Shown piece after piece: positions 26,972 through 35,296 of a stretch of 46,902 bases of DNA. This stretch comes from a virus. The translations under genes and the position numbers were made by a program. Numbering within the stretch: the first letter of the stretch is position 1; each line of letters starts with the position of its first letter. The DNA lies in the IMG/VR virus record IMGVR_UViG_3300043426_000009. The stretch is one strand, 5' to 3'. The notes under the pieces are model-generated. The model was not told the origin of the DNA, did not search any database, and was given only the letters and a program-made list of their open reading frames with translations.

Positions 26972-27501
26972 TATTCTTGAATTTGAAAGTTGTTTTTTAA
27001 TATCCAATCATAATCAACTTCGGTTGGATTTCGATCTATTGCATACAGTCCAATTGTTGTGTCTTTATGATGTTGTAATTTAACAAAATCAACATCAATT
27101 TTCCTTGATGCTATTATTGCAATTTGTTTGAAATCTGAATTTTTGGCACGTTTAAATTTTTCGGCGATTAATGTTGGAATTGTGAATTGTGATTGCGTTT
27201 TTTCAACAACATCAATATTTAAAAAATTTGTTTGTTTAAAGTCGCCTTGCGGCAATATTTCAAAAATACATTTTCCGTGTTCATATCCAATTTGTTTTCC
27301 TTGTTTTTCGGTTTGTTTATATCCGATGTCATTCAAATATTGATAAGCGTTTTTTAATGATTCTTTCGGAATTTGAACATCAATGTCATTGATTTCATTG
27401 TATTTCAATAAACCAATTTCATACAATAAATAACTTCCGATAATCTCAGCATTGAAATATTTTTTCAAATTTTGAATTATTTCATTTTCTTGTTTTTCCA
27501 T
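26971..27501 (-). CDS. Nucleotidyltransferase-fold (Pol-beta-like) protein (176 aa)
   Basis: Contains the pattern hG[GS]-x(n)-D-h-D-h (IIGSYLL...NDIDVQI) and a later acidic strand (NIDVVE). Confidence 0.5.
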   Translation of the reverse strand: MEKQENEIIQNLKKYFNAEIIGSYLLYEIGLLKYNEINDIDVQIPKESLKNAYQYLNDIGYKQTEKQGKQIGYEHGKCIFEILPQGDFKQTNFLNIDVVEKTQSQFTIPTLIAEKFKRAKNSDFKQIAIIASRKIDVDFVKLQHHKDTTIGLYAIDRNPTEVDYDWILKNNFQIQE

Positions 27502-27503
27502 TT

Positions 27504-27710
27504 TTAAAATAAATTAAGTTGAACATTTTCGTTTTTCAAAGTTTCAAATAATGTCGGATTCATTTTTAAATATCGGTTCATATAATCAACCGTTGTTTCA
27601 TTCATCAATTCGACATCAATGAAATTTTGTTTTAGTTTTATAATCGGAACATCATTTTCATAAATGACATTTGCGATCCGTTTATATTGATTCGTTTTAA
27701 TCATCATCAT
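27504..27710 (-). CDS. Hypothetical protein (68 aa)
   Basis: ATG triplet at 27704-27710 (MMMIKTN) overlaps the upstream stop at 27697. The track start at 27851 lies inside the upstream gene. Confidence 0.45.
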   Translation of the reverse strand: MMMIKTNQYKRIANVIYENDVPIIKLKQNFIDVELMNETTVDYMNRYLKMNPTLFETLKNENVQLNLF

Positions 27711-28194
27711 AACTGTAATTTCTCTTTGAACACGGTTCACAACAATTATAATCAATTTGTGTGTGTTGATTAAATGTTGAACCGCAAATTGCATCGTTAC
27801 AATAATAATCGCCGCATCGTTCACATTCAAGAATTTCAACTTCGGTTTCATCGGTGCCGCATTGATTACATTCTTTCAATTTTGGTGTTTTTTCGATTGG
27901 TTGTTGAGGTTCGCCAATGGTCATTGATTTTTTCATTTGAATCAATGGTTCTTTTATTTTGTTCAATGCGATTGCAGCATTCGACATCGCCGGTTTCAAA
28001 TTGTGAAATGCTTTTGTCATATTAGAAAAACATTTGTTTGAACGTTGAATTGTAAGTTCACGCCGCCAAACTTTTAATCGTTCGATTCGTTCGCACAAAT
28101 CAAAATGATACGGCCAATTTTCATCACATATTGCATCACGATTAATTTTGTTCAATAGTTCAATTTGCTTATTTAAAAAAATAATATCATTCAT
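27697..28194 (-). CDS. Hypothetical protein with a Cys-rich, zinc-finger-like C-terminus (165 aa)
   Basis: ATG at 28194. The C-terminal CNQCG...CERCGDYYC...CG...CCEPC cluster is followed by an acidic tail. Confidence 0.5.
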   Translation of the reverse strand: MNDIIFLNKQIELLNKINRDAICDENWPYHFDLCERIERLKVWRRELTIQRSNKCFSNMTKAFHNLKPAMSNAAIALNKIKEPLIQMKKSMTIGEPQQPIEKTPKLKECNQCGTDETEVEILECERCGDYYCNDAICGSTFNQHTQIDYNCCEPCSKRNYSYDDD

Positions 28195-28204
28195 AATTAT
28201 ATTT

Positions 28205-28385
28205 TTTAATGTTCATTCAATATAAATTCTTCCGAAATCATCCATTGACATTGGCTTTCCTTAAATCCGAATTCTTCATTATGCTCAATCAAAAATTCTT
28301 CGCCGCCGTCTTTATATTTTTTTTCATCGAAATCGAAAACGTGAACTTCCGATGTGCAAAAGTCTAATATTATTATTTTTTTCAT
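28205..28385 (-). pseudogene. Small ORF split by an A9/T9 homopolymer (59 aa if fused)
   Basis: The ORF from ATG 28385 (MKKIIILDFCTSEVHVFDFDEKK) stops at 28311-28313. A second frame from ATG 28327 (MKKKYKDGGEEFLIEHNEEFGFKESQCQWMISEEFILNEH) ends at 28205. Removing one T from the T9 run at 28316-28324 fuses the two. Confidence 0.45.
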
Positions 28386-29017
28386 TAGTTAAACCATTTT
28401 AAAATTGTTTCTTGATTATATCCTTTTTCCCAAATTATCCAACAATAACACGCCGCACTTCCTTTTTTTGTTGTTGTTACAAAATCGCCATTCAATGCAC
28501 ACATTATTCGTTTTGATGCGACATAAATTGTTTTTGGCGGAAATATTTTAAAAAATTCACGGCGTTCGGCGGTTTCTAAAAATTGAATTCTTAAAAACAT
28601 CGCAACTTTGTTTCCGGTAGGAATTATTGACATTGCTTTTTTTACAAATTCAATTGCATAAATAAACGGCGGATTTGTTACAATATCGCCATTCCATTGT
28701 GTTACATCAATTGAAAGAAAATCTTGAATTTCGCCATATCCACGATCCACATAATCGGATGATTTACCGTGAATGAAATTCTTTTTTAATACTTCAGACA
28801 AATGACCTTGACCGCAAGCGCATTCCCAAACATTTTGAAATGATTCTAATTTCAATAATTTTTCAAGTGCCATTGGGTCCGTTGCATAAAAATCATATTT
28901 TTCACGTTCTTGTTCCGAATGATTTGATGAACCAATTGTTGTAAACATTGTTTTACTGTTACCTTTCCAATCTTTTTTTCCAAACAATTCAAATTGTTCA
29001 TTGTTGTTTGTTTTCAT
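28385..29017 (-). CDS. SAM-dependent DNA methyltransferase, NPPF type (probable N6-adenine) (210 aa)
   Basis: The SAM-binding-like motif WECACGQGH is followed by the catalytic-type motif VTNPPF. Confidence 0.6.
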   Translation of the reverse strand: MKTNNNEQFELFGKKDWKGNSKTMFTTIGSSNHSEQEREKYDFYATDPMALEKLLKLESFQNVWECACGQGHLSEVLKKNFIHGKSSDYVDRGYGEIQDFLSIDVTQWNGDIVTNPPFIYAIEFVKKAMSIIPTGNKVAMFLRIQFLETAERREFFKIFPPKTIYVASKRIMCALNGDFVTTTKKGSAACYCWIIWEKGYNQETILKWFN

Positions 29018-29351
29018 TTTTTTTGTTTAAAGATTTATAAATTTCATCAAATATGAATCCAGTCAAATACGCTTGCGGTTCATCATTAAATCGGTCAAGT
29101 TCAATGCAATGATGTTGATAAATATAATTAACAACGTGAACGGTTTCGTGTGCTATTATTGATGGTTTTGCGTTTTCAAATGCGACAAAATATTTTTTAA
29201 TTCCTTTTTTATTTGACCGCACAAATGTTATTGCATCACAATCATCACAATTTTTCAAATCGTATTTCGCAGCGACTTTTGACATTTTTTTTGTTTTTAT
29301 CACAATCAATGTTCCGTGATAAATTGGCAATTTCATTTTTTCTATTTTCAT
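28998..29351 (-). CDS. Small HExxH protein, putative metallopeptidase-like (117 aa)
   Basis: ATG at 29351 forms an ATGA overlap with the upstream MTase gene. Contains the motif IIAHETVHVV and a downstream acidic NDEPQ. Confidence 0.4.
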   Translation of the reverse strand: MKIEKMKLPIYHGTLIVIKTKKMSKVAAKYDLKNCDDCDAITFVRSNKKGIKKYFVAFENAKPSIIAHETVHVVNYIYQHHCIELDRFNDEPQAYLTGFIFDEIYKSLNKKNENKQQ

Positions 29352-30415
29352 AATTTCGACAACCATTGATTAAAAATTTCCGTTGCAACTTGGGCCGTCA
29401 TTACGGGCGGGACCGACATTCCAATTAAATAAATTGGTTTGTTTCTTTTGAAATCATAATCAATCGGATATGAACCGATTCGACACAATTCATCTTTTGT
29501 CAATTTTCTTTTTTGTTCATAATGAAATAAATCGGAACCGGCCGCAATGGTATTGCAAACTTGATCCGGATGCAATTTGATTGAATTAAAACGATTTCCT
29601 TTTGGATGAACCGTTGCAATTGATTTTCCAGGTTCACACGTGTCGTAATAAATTAAATCGCACGGTGTGATTTTTTCAAATGGTTCAACGTTCGGGCCAT
29701 CTTCTACCATTTTATATGGAATTTTTGGTTCTTTAAAATTCAATAATAATTCCGGTGTTGTTGTGAACAAATCAACTTGCGTTAAAAATTGCGGTGCCAA
29801 ATCTTTTCTTAATGCGATGAAAAAAACACGTTTTCGGCGTTGTGGAACACCCATTTTTGAAGCGTTCAACAACCAATGTTGGCAATAATAACCGGCTTCA
29901 TCAAATGCTTTGTAAATTCTTCGCACATACGAACGTGCATTTCCCATCAACAAACCCGACACGTTTTCAGCCACAACGACTTTCGGTTGTAATTTTTCGG
30001 CCAAATCAATAAAATCAAAAAACAAATTATCAAGAATTTGTTTTGCTTGACCCTCACGAAATTTCTTTTCTTTGCCCCAATCTTTTTCACGTGAACCCGA
30101 CATTGAAAAACTTGAACACGGCGGCGAACCGTCCAAAATATCCAAGTTAAATAAATCTTCCGGCAAATCATCACGCAATTTGAACGTTTGAATTGGTTCC
30201 AAAAAAGCATATTTTGGTTTATGATTTGCAACATACGATTCAATCATTTTAGGATCAATTTCATTACATCCTAAAACATCAAATCCGGCTAATTTATAAC
30301 CAAATGAACTCCCTCCACCACAAGCAAAACAACTGAATATTTTCCCTTTGTCTTTTGTAAAATTGGCATTTTCTAATGACCAATTAAAATCGAATCTATG
30401 TTTTTCTATTTCCAC
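29348..30415 (-). CDS. DNA (cytosine-5) methyltransferase (355 aa)
   Basis: C5-MTase motifs are present in order: FACGGGSSFG (I), GSPPCSSFS (IV), VVAENVSGL (VI) and VPQRRKRVFF (VIII). The start at 30415 is GTG. Confidence 0.85.
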   Translation of the reverse strand: MEIEKHRFDFNWSLENANFTKDKGKIFSCFACGGGSSFGYKLAGFDVLGCNEIDPKMIESYVANHKPKYAFLEPIQTFKLRDDLPEDLFNLDILDGSPPCSSFSMSGSREKDWGKEKKFREGQAKQILDNLFFDFIDLAEKLQPKVVVAENVSGLLMGNARSYVRRIYKAFDEAGYYCQHWLLNASKMGVPQRRKRVFFIALRKDLAPQFLTQVDLFTTTPELLLNFKEPKIPYKMVEDGPNVEPFEKITPCDLIYYDTCEPGKSIATVHPKGNRFNSIKLHPDQVCNTIAAGSDLFHYEQKRKLTKDELCRIGSYPIDYDFKRNKPIYLIGMSVPPVMTAQVATEIFNQWLSKL

Positions 30416-30888
30416 GTTTTTTTGTTTTTTATATCTGAAATTGTTTTTCTATGCACATTGAATTTTTCGCCGATGTAAACACAATTAAACCCTTGATTTA
30501 AAAGTTTTTTTATTTCAATCACTTGTATTTCTGTTAATTTTGATTGATGATGTTTTTCGCCTTTGATGTTTTTATTTTCGGTTTTATTTTTATGATAATG
30601 AACCATATTTTCCGATGCGGAACACCATTCTAAATTATCAACGTGATTATTTTGTTTATTTCCGTCTTTATGATTAACGTAATATTTGCCCGGAATTTTT
30701 GGTAAAAACGTTAATGCAATTAATTTATGAATAAACATTTTTACTTTTGTTGAACCTAATTGAACACGTAAATAACCGCTTGAATTTGGCGAACCTTTCA
30801 AAGGTTTATTGTATCGTTTACTTTTTACGTTTCCGTAATTTGAACACAAATATTGTGTTGCATTTTTAATTTCTTTGTATTCTTCCAT
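30406..30888 (-). mobile_element. Free-standing HNH homing endonuclease gene (160 aa)
   Basis: NUMOD4-like N-terminus (YLCSNYGNVKS), HNH core (NHKDGNKQNNHVDNLEW) and a C-terminal HTH-like region. It has its own TATGTTTG box at 30911-30918. Confidence 0.75.
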
Positions 30889-30945
30889 ATTTTTATTTTT
30901 TTATACACCGCAAACATATAAATTATATTCCGATTATAAAGAAAA

Positions 30946-31683
30946 TTATTTTGATGATTTTAAAAGTTCACGAATTTTTGTTTTTGTTTGCAATGGAAAA
31001 TCGGAACCTAAAACCCAATTTGCATAATGCGGATCATCAACAACCGGTTTGTTCACGTTTTTTCCAAATGACCAATAAACAACACCATCTTTGATGTATG
31101 TTTTGCCGGCATAATCAAAACGTTTTTTTTCATCTTGACATTTTTCATCAATTTCTTTTGGTGTGATTTCCGGATTTTCTTTTGTTTGCAGCAACAAAAT
31201 TTCCAATGTTGCACGGACATCATTCAACGCATCGTGGGCGTCTTCCAAATCATTTCCGGTATAACGTTTGTATGTATCGCCAAGTTTATGACTATTCAAT
31301 AAACGTTCGTGTTTTAATACATCAACAAAAATTGGTTCCCACGTTGGAAATTCAATTTTGCATCGGTTGAATTCTTCAATCAACAACGGAATGTCAAAGT
31401 TGTCGGAATTGTAACCGCCGAAATCACACCCGGCCATATATTTATTCAATGCTTTTGCGATTTGAAAAAACGTTGGTGCATCTTTTACCATTTCATCCGT
31501 GATCCCGTGAACATCGGACGCTTCTTTTGGAATTTTGATTTGCGGATTAATCAACATTTTTTTTTCTTCTTTGCTGCCGTCAATGTTTATCTTGATGCAA
31601 GCGATTTGACAAATGCGGTCGTTGGCAATTGAAACACCCGTGGTTTCTAAGTCAAAAAATACAATTGGATTTTCGATTTTCAT
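30946..31683 (-). CDS. DEDDh 3'-5' exonuclease, DnaQ/epsilon-like (245 aa)
   Basis: Exo I FFDLETTG, Exo II YNSDNFDIPLL and Exo III HDALNDV. Confidence 0.8.
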   Translation of the reverse strand: MKIENPIVFFDLETTGVSIANDRICQIACIKINIDGSKEEKKMLINPQIKIPKEASDVHGITDEMVKDAPTFFQIAKALNKYMAGCDFGGYNSDNFDIPLLIEEFNRCKIEFPTWEPIFVDVLKHERLLNSHKLGDTYKRYTGNDLEDAHDALNDVRATLEILLLQTKENPEITPKEIDEKCQDEKKRFDYAGKTYIKDGVVYWSFGKNVNKPVVDDPHYANWVLGSDFPLQTKTKIRELLKSSK

Positions 31684-31718
31684 TATTTAACTTTTTTGTT
31701 ATACATTTTTTTATTTGA

Positions 31719-31763
31719 CAAATATACAATTATTTACTTTGTATCAAAACATTTTTTAATTTT
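31719..31763 (-). promoter_or_regulatory. Bacteroidota-type promoter
   Basis: TATATTTG -7 box (31719-31726) and TTTG -33 element (31745-31748) with an 18-nt spacer. A CAAAACATTTTTTAATTT block is shared with other copies. Confidence 0.6.
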
Positions 31764-31777
31764 TTTTAAACATAAAA

Positions 31778-31803
31778 AAAACGGTCAATGTTTTGACCGT
31801 TTT
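31778..31803. terminator. Intrinsic terminator
   Basis: AAAACGGTCAA-tgtt-TTGACCGTTTT. Confidence 0.75.
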
Positions 31804-31807
31804 ATTA

Positions 31808-32368
31808 TTAGTAATTTATTGCATCCGTCCACATAATGATTTTCATTTTGACTTTTTCTTTTTTGATGTATGGAAGAAACCATTCATAAAAATCATAAAA
31901 TATTAATCCGTCATTCATCGCAATCAATGATGAATTTAACAATCTTGAAACGACATTGTTTTTTTCGTTATCGTGTCCAAGTTCAACTTTAATTGCATTG
32001 TCTTTCAAATAAATTTCAACATCAATCAATTTTTTAATTTCTTGATCTGGTGCAAACTTTATTTGATTTGAATGATACGGTTTATCAATCCAAATTCGAG
32101 GGCTAAACATTTGACCTTGTTTGTGTGTTTTTCCTTGCCGCACGGTGTGAAATTTTTCATCAACGATGTTTTTGTTTAACGATTGATAAAAGTCCGTTAA
32201 TTCGCTTTGATTTCTTTCCGGATTATTTTGAACCAACCATTCAAAATATTCTTTTTTATAAAATTTGATTTTCAATGCGTTCAACATTTTTTCGACAAAA
32301 TATGTAGACATTCCGCTTTGAATATGATACGCCGGAAATTTGCGTGAAAATGGAATTACTTTTGCCAT
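31808..32368 (-). CDS. Hypothetical protein (186 aa)
   Basis: ATG at 32368 forms a TAATG junction with the upstream gene. No secure motif. Confidence 0.5.
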   Translation of the reverse strand: MAKVIPFSRKFPAYHIQSGMSTYFVEKMLNALKIKFYKKEYFEWLVQNNPERNQSELTDFYQSLNKNIVDEKFHTVRQGKTHKQGQMFSPRIWIDKPYHSNQIKFAPDQEIKKLIDVEIYLKDNAIKVELGHDNEKNNVVSRLLNSSLIAMNDGLIFYDFYEWFLPYIKKEKVKMKIIMWTDAINY

Positions 32369-32595
32369 TATGCTTGCGGGATTTTTACAACATCGGTTTC
32401 ATCGCCATAATCTTTGTGTTGTTGGTCAAGGCCGATTTTATTATAATTGTGCATCACTTTTGTCATCACATCAACTATTTCAAATACTGTAAAATCGCCA
32501 ACCACTTTTTTTGATGTTTCATTGACTGCATCAAACATCGCTTTTTCAAGTGCCAACATTCGTTCTTTTGATTTTTGTGTTTTGGTCTTTGCCAT
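32368..32595 (-). CDS. Hypothetical protein (75 aa)
   Basis: ATG at 32595. Confidence 0.5.
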   Translation of the reverse strand: MAKTKTQKSKERMLALEKAMFDAVNETSKKVVGDFTVFEIVDVMTKVMHNYNKIGLDQQHKDYGDETDVVKIPQA

Positions 32596-32611
32596 TTTTT
32601 AAATAATTATA

Positions 32612-32872
32612 TTAAACATTCGCTTCGCCGTTTTCATTAACTGTAAACATTGCAACCGGCGGATGTGCAACGCCCAAAATTTTTAAAAACAATGGATTTC
32701 CTTTTTGTAATGATTCCAAATCTTCTTTATTCGGCATCCAAGCCGTTAAAATATAATGAAAACCTTGTGCATCAACATTTTTTTCTGCTGGCAAACTTGC
32801 ACATTCTTCATCGGTCATATTTTCTGGTTTTGTCAAATTTACATTTGATCCTTCAAAATTTATTGGGTGCAT
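32612..32872 (-). CDS. Hypothetical protein (86 aa)
   Basis: ATG at 32872. Confidence 0.5.
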   Translation of the reverse strand: MHPINFEGSNVNLTKPENMTDEECASLPAEKNVDAQGFHYILTAWMPNKEDLESLQKGNPLFLKILGVAHPPVAMFTVNENGEANV

Positions 32873-32876
32873 AATT

Positions 32877-33098
32877 TTAAAATTTAGTGTCCGGAAATGT
32901 TTTTTCTAAAAGCCACTTTGGCGCTTCCAATTCTTGTTTGTCTTGGTCAAAACTACATTGTGATTTTGGAAACCATTCAATGTCGCCCTCACAATCTAAA
33001 AGCCACGATTCTTTCGTTTCACGAATAAAATCAGCTTTGATGATTATTCCGTTTTTAATTTCCTTTTGTTCTTGATTTTTTTTTGTCATATCTGTCAT
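32877..33098 (-). CDS. Hypothetical protein (about 73 aa)
   Basis: The track start at 33107 is TTG. In-frame ATGs lie at 33098 and 33089. All options overlap the upstream ORF. Confidence 0.4.
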   Translation of the reverse strand: MTDMTKKNQEQKEIKNGIIIKADFIRETKESWLLDCEGDIEWFPKSQCSFDQDKQELEAPKWLLEKTFPDTKF

Positions 33099-33303
33099 AT
33101 TTGTCAATGAAATATCGCCACTTGAATTTTTTGATTGATTCGTTACTTAAAAACAACCATCGCATTTGATTAAAATTGAACCATCCAACCGTGTGTTCAT
33201 CTGCAACCGTGTTGTGAATTAAAACATCAACCGAATTTCCGTTGTTTGCGGCGCTTAAAACATCCGGAAACTCAGTTGAATCAATCCAATCTATTTCATC
33301 CAT
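33055..33303 (-). CDS. Hypothetical protein (82 aa)
   Basis: ATG at 33303 forms a TAATG junction with the upstream gene. Confidence 0.45.
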   Translation of the reverse strand: MDEIDWIDSTEFPDVLSAANNGNSVDVLIHNTVADEHTVGWFNFNQMRWLFLSNESIKKFKWRYFIDKYDRYDKKKSRTKGN

Positions 33304-33620
33304 TATTCAAATGAATTTTTCAATTGTTTATATCTTTTGATGGTCAACAACAAATGAATGATGTTGTAAAAAAAGAATATTATCAAAACTATTTTCAACC
33401 ATTTTGAAGTGGTCGTGAAAAACGAAATCAATGACAAAATGAAAAATAAACAAATGTTGATTCCACGATAAATTCCGATGTCATAAATTTTTTCTTTTTT
33501 GTAATCCCAAAACGCAATGTCAATTGTTTTCAACTGTTCATCACTTAAAATTATTTTGTGATTTTTATTGAAAATCATTCGGATCAATTTTGCTTGGGAT
33601 GATGGATTGTAATTTTTCAT
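33303..33620 (-). CDS. Small membrane protein (105 aa)
   Basis: ATG at 33620. Two hydrophobic helices: INICLFFILSLISFF and IVLIIFFFYNIIHLLL. Confidence 0.5.
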   Translation of the reverse strand: MKNYNPSSQAKLIRMIFNKNHKIILSDEQLKTIDIAFWDYKKEKIYDIGIYRGINICLFFILSLISFFTTTSKWLKIVLIIFFFYNIIHLLLTIKRYKQLKNSFE

Positions 33621-33623
33621 ATT

Positions 33624-35045
33624 TTATGGTTCTCGTTGATTAATAAATTCAAAAATATTTTGTCCATATAGCGCTTTTATTGCACTTTCATAAATATAAT
33701 GCTCTTGATCTTTTAAACTTCTTGAATTTTCTTTTTTACTTAATTCAGAAATATAATACTCACATTGTGATTTTAATTGTTCAATATTAATTTCAACCAA
33801 CATCGGCGGCGGAATAACATCAATTTCATTGTTTGAATAATCATTTACAATTTCTTCATCAAAAACAACCGATTCAATCGCTTTTTCAAAATCACTTTTA
33901 TTTTCTTCAATTGGTGCAGCAACTTCATTTTCAACATTTGTTGTTTCTGGTTCTGGTTCTGGTTCCGGTTTTGATTTGATTTCAATTTGACCTTGAATGT
34001 TTTCAATTGTTTTTTCAAATTCTTCATCGTTATCCGACACGATAAATGTTTTTTGATATACGACATCATAAATTTGAAAATTGCCGTTTTCATCGCATTC
34101 CATACCGATTGAAGTTAATTTTTTGGAACGGTCGTTGTATTTTTTTTCTTTTCGCAATTCTTCAAGTTCTTCATCATCTTTTTGTTTTTGAATTCTTGCG
34201 TTTTCTTCATTAACCAATTTCGTTTCTTGTTTTTCAAACAAATCTTTTAATTCTAAAACTTTGAAATCAAAATCATATTGAAATTCTTCAAAATCAATTT
34301 CTTGTTCAACTAAATTATTAACGGTCAATTCAACATTTCGGAATGTTTCAAAAGTCATTTCATAAATTAATTCTTTTGCTTTCAATTCGATTTGATTGAT
34401 TTTGTTTTGATGATCTTCTTTGCGTTTGATTTCTTTTTGTTTGTTTTCTTCAATCAACGTTTCTTTTTTGGCTTTGAATTTATCATTTGTGAAATCAATG
34501 ACCTGGTCAAACAATAAATCGAATTCTTGAAATGTGCCGCTTCTTTCGGAAATTGTTTTTTGAATTTCAGTATCAACAACATCAATCGTGTCAAATGTCA
34601 TTGTTTCAATTTTGTCGCCAAATTCTTTTTCCAATTCCGAAATGTTGTTTTTCAAACCATCAACACGTTCTTTTTCAATATTTGCCAAACGTTCTTTTTC
34701 GGCGGCCAAAATGTCTTCATAACGTTTCACTTCGGCTTGTTGTTTGTCATACGCTTCACGTGTGATTGTCGAAAATTCTTTGAATTTATCTTGAATTGAT
34801 TTTTTGAAACCATTCAAAAATTTTGTCAATGTCGATTCTTGTTTTTCAACATCGGTTGATGCGGTCAATAATGTTGTTCTTGATGCTTTTGCTTTTTCGT
34901 ATGTTTCTTTGTCTTTGATTTCAACATACGGGTTCGATTTTACGATTTCAAGTTGTTTTTCTTTCAACCCTTGAATTTCTTTCAGTTGTTGTGTGTCAAT
35001 TTTTGAAATTTCCACAATTTCTAATTTTGAATTGTTTTTTGCCAT
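33624..35045 (-). CDS. Acidic coiled-coil protein (473 aa)
   Basis: ATG at 35045. E/K-rich heptad-like sequence throughout, with a (PE)4 run. Function unknown. Confidence 0.5.
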   Translation of the reverse strand: MAKNNSKLEIVEISKIDTQQLKEIQGLKEKQLEIVKSNPYVEIKDKETYEKAKASRTTLLTASTDVEKQESTLTKFLNGFKKSIQDKFKEFSTITREAYDKQQAEVKRYEDILAAEKERLANIEKERVDGLKNNISELEKEFGDKIETMTFDTIDVVDTEIQKTISERSGTFQEFDLLFDQVIDFTNDKFKAKKETLIEENKQKEIKRKEDHQNKINQIELKAKELIYEMTFETFRNVELTVNNLVEQEIDFEEFQYDFDFKVLELKDLFEKQETKLVNEENARIQKQKDDEELEELRKEKKYNDRSKKLTSIGMECDENGNFQIYDVVYQKTFIVSDNDEEFEKTIENIQGQIEIKSKPEPEPEPETTNVENEVAAPIEENKSDFEKAIESVVFDEEIVNDYSNNEIDVIPPPMLVEINIEQLKSQCEYYISELSKKENSRSLKDQEHYIYESAIKALYGQNIFEFINQREP

Positions 35046-35047
35046 TT

Positions 35048-35263
35048 TTATTGATTATTAATTATTAATTCACTCACTACATTTTTTGTTTTTGTGTCCG
35101 GATTGTATGTTTCAATCCATTTTTCAAATCCAACATTTTTGGACATTTGAACACCAAGTGTGATTCTTTCACGGCTTGATTTTTGAACGATGATTGATTG
35201 CGTTGTTTTGTCTCTTAGATTTTCATACGCATTCGTGTTTTGAATTTGTTGAACTGTTATCAT
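35048..35263 (-). CDS. Hypothetical protein (71 aa)
   Basis: ATG at 35263. Confidence 0.5.
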   Translation of the reverse strand: MITVQQIQNTNAYENLRDKTTQSIIVQKSSRERITLGVQMSKNVGFEKWIETYNPDTKTKNVVSELIINNQ

Positions 35264-35296
35264 ATTTCCACGTTGTGCGAGATGCTACGAGAGAAC

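Noticed and set aside
33945-33968. Hexanucleotide tandem repeat (TTCTGG x3 plus TTCCGG) encoding PEPEPEPE
   Set aside because: This is a short in-frame low-complexity linker within the acidic coiled-coil protein. It is too short to call a functional repeat or contingency locus.
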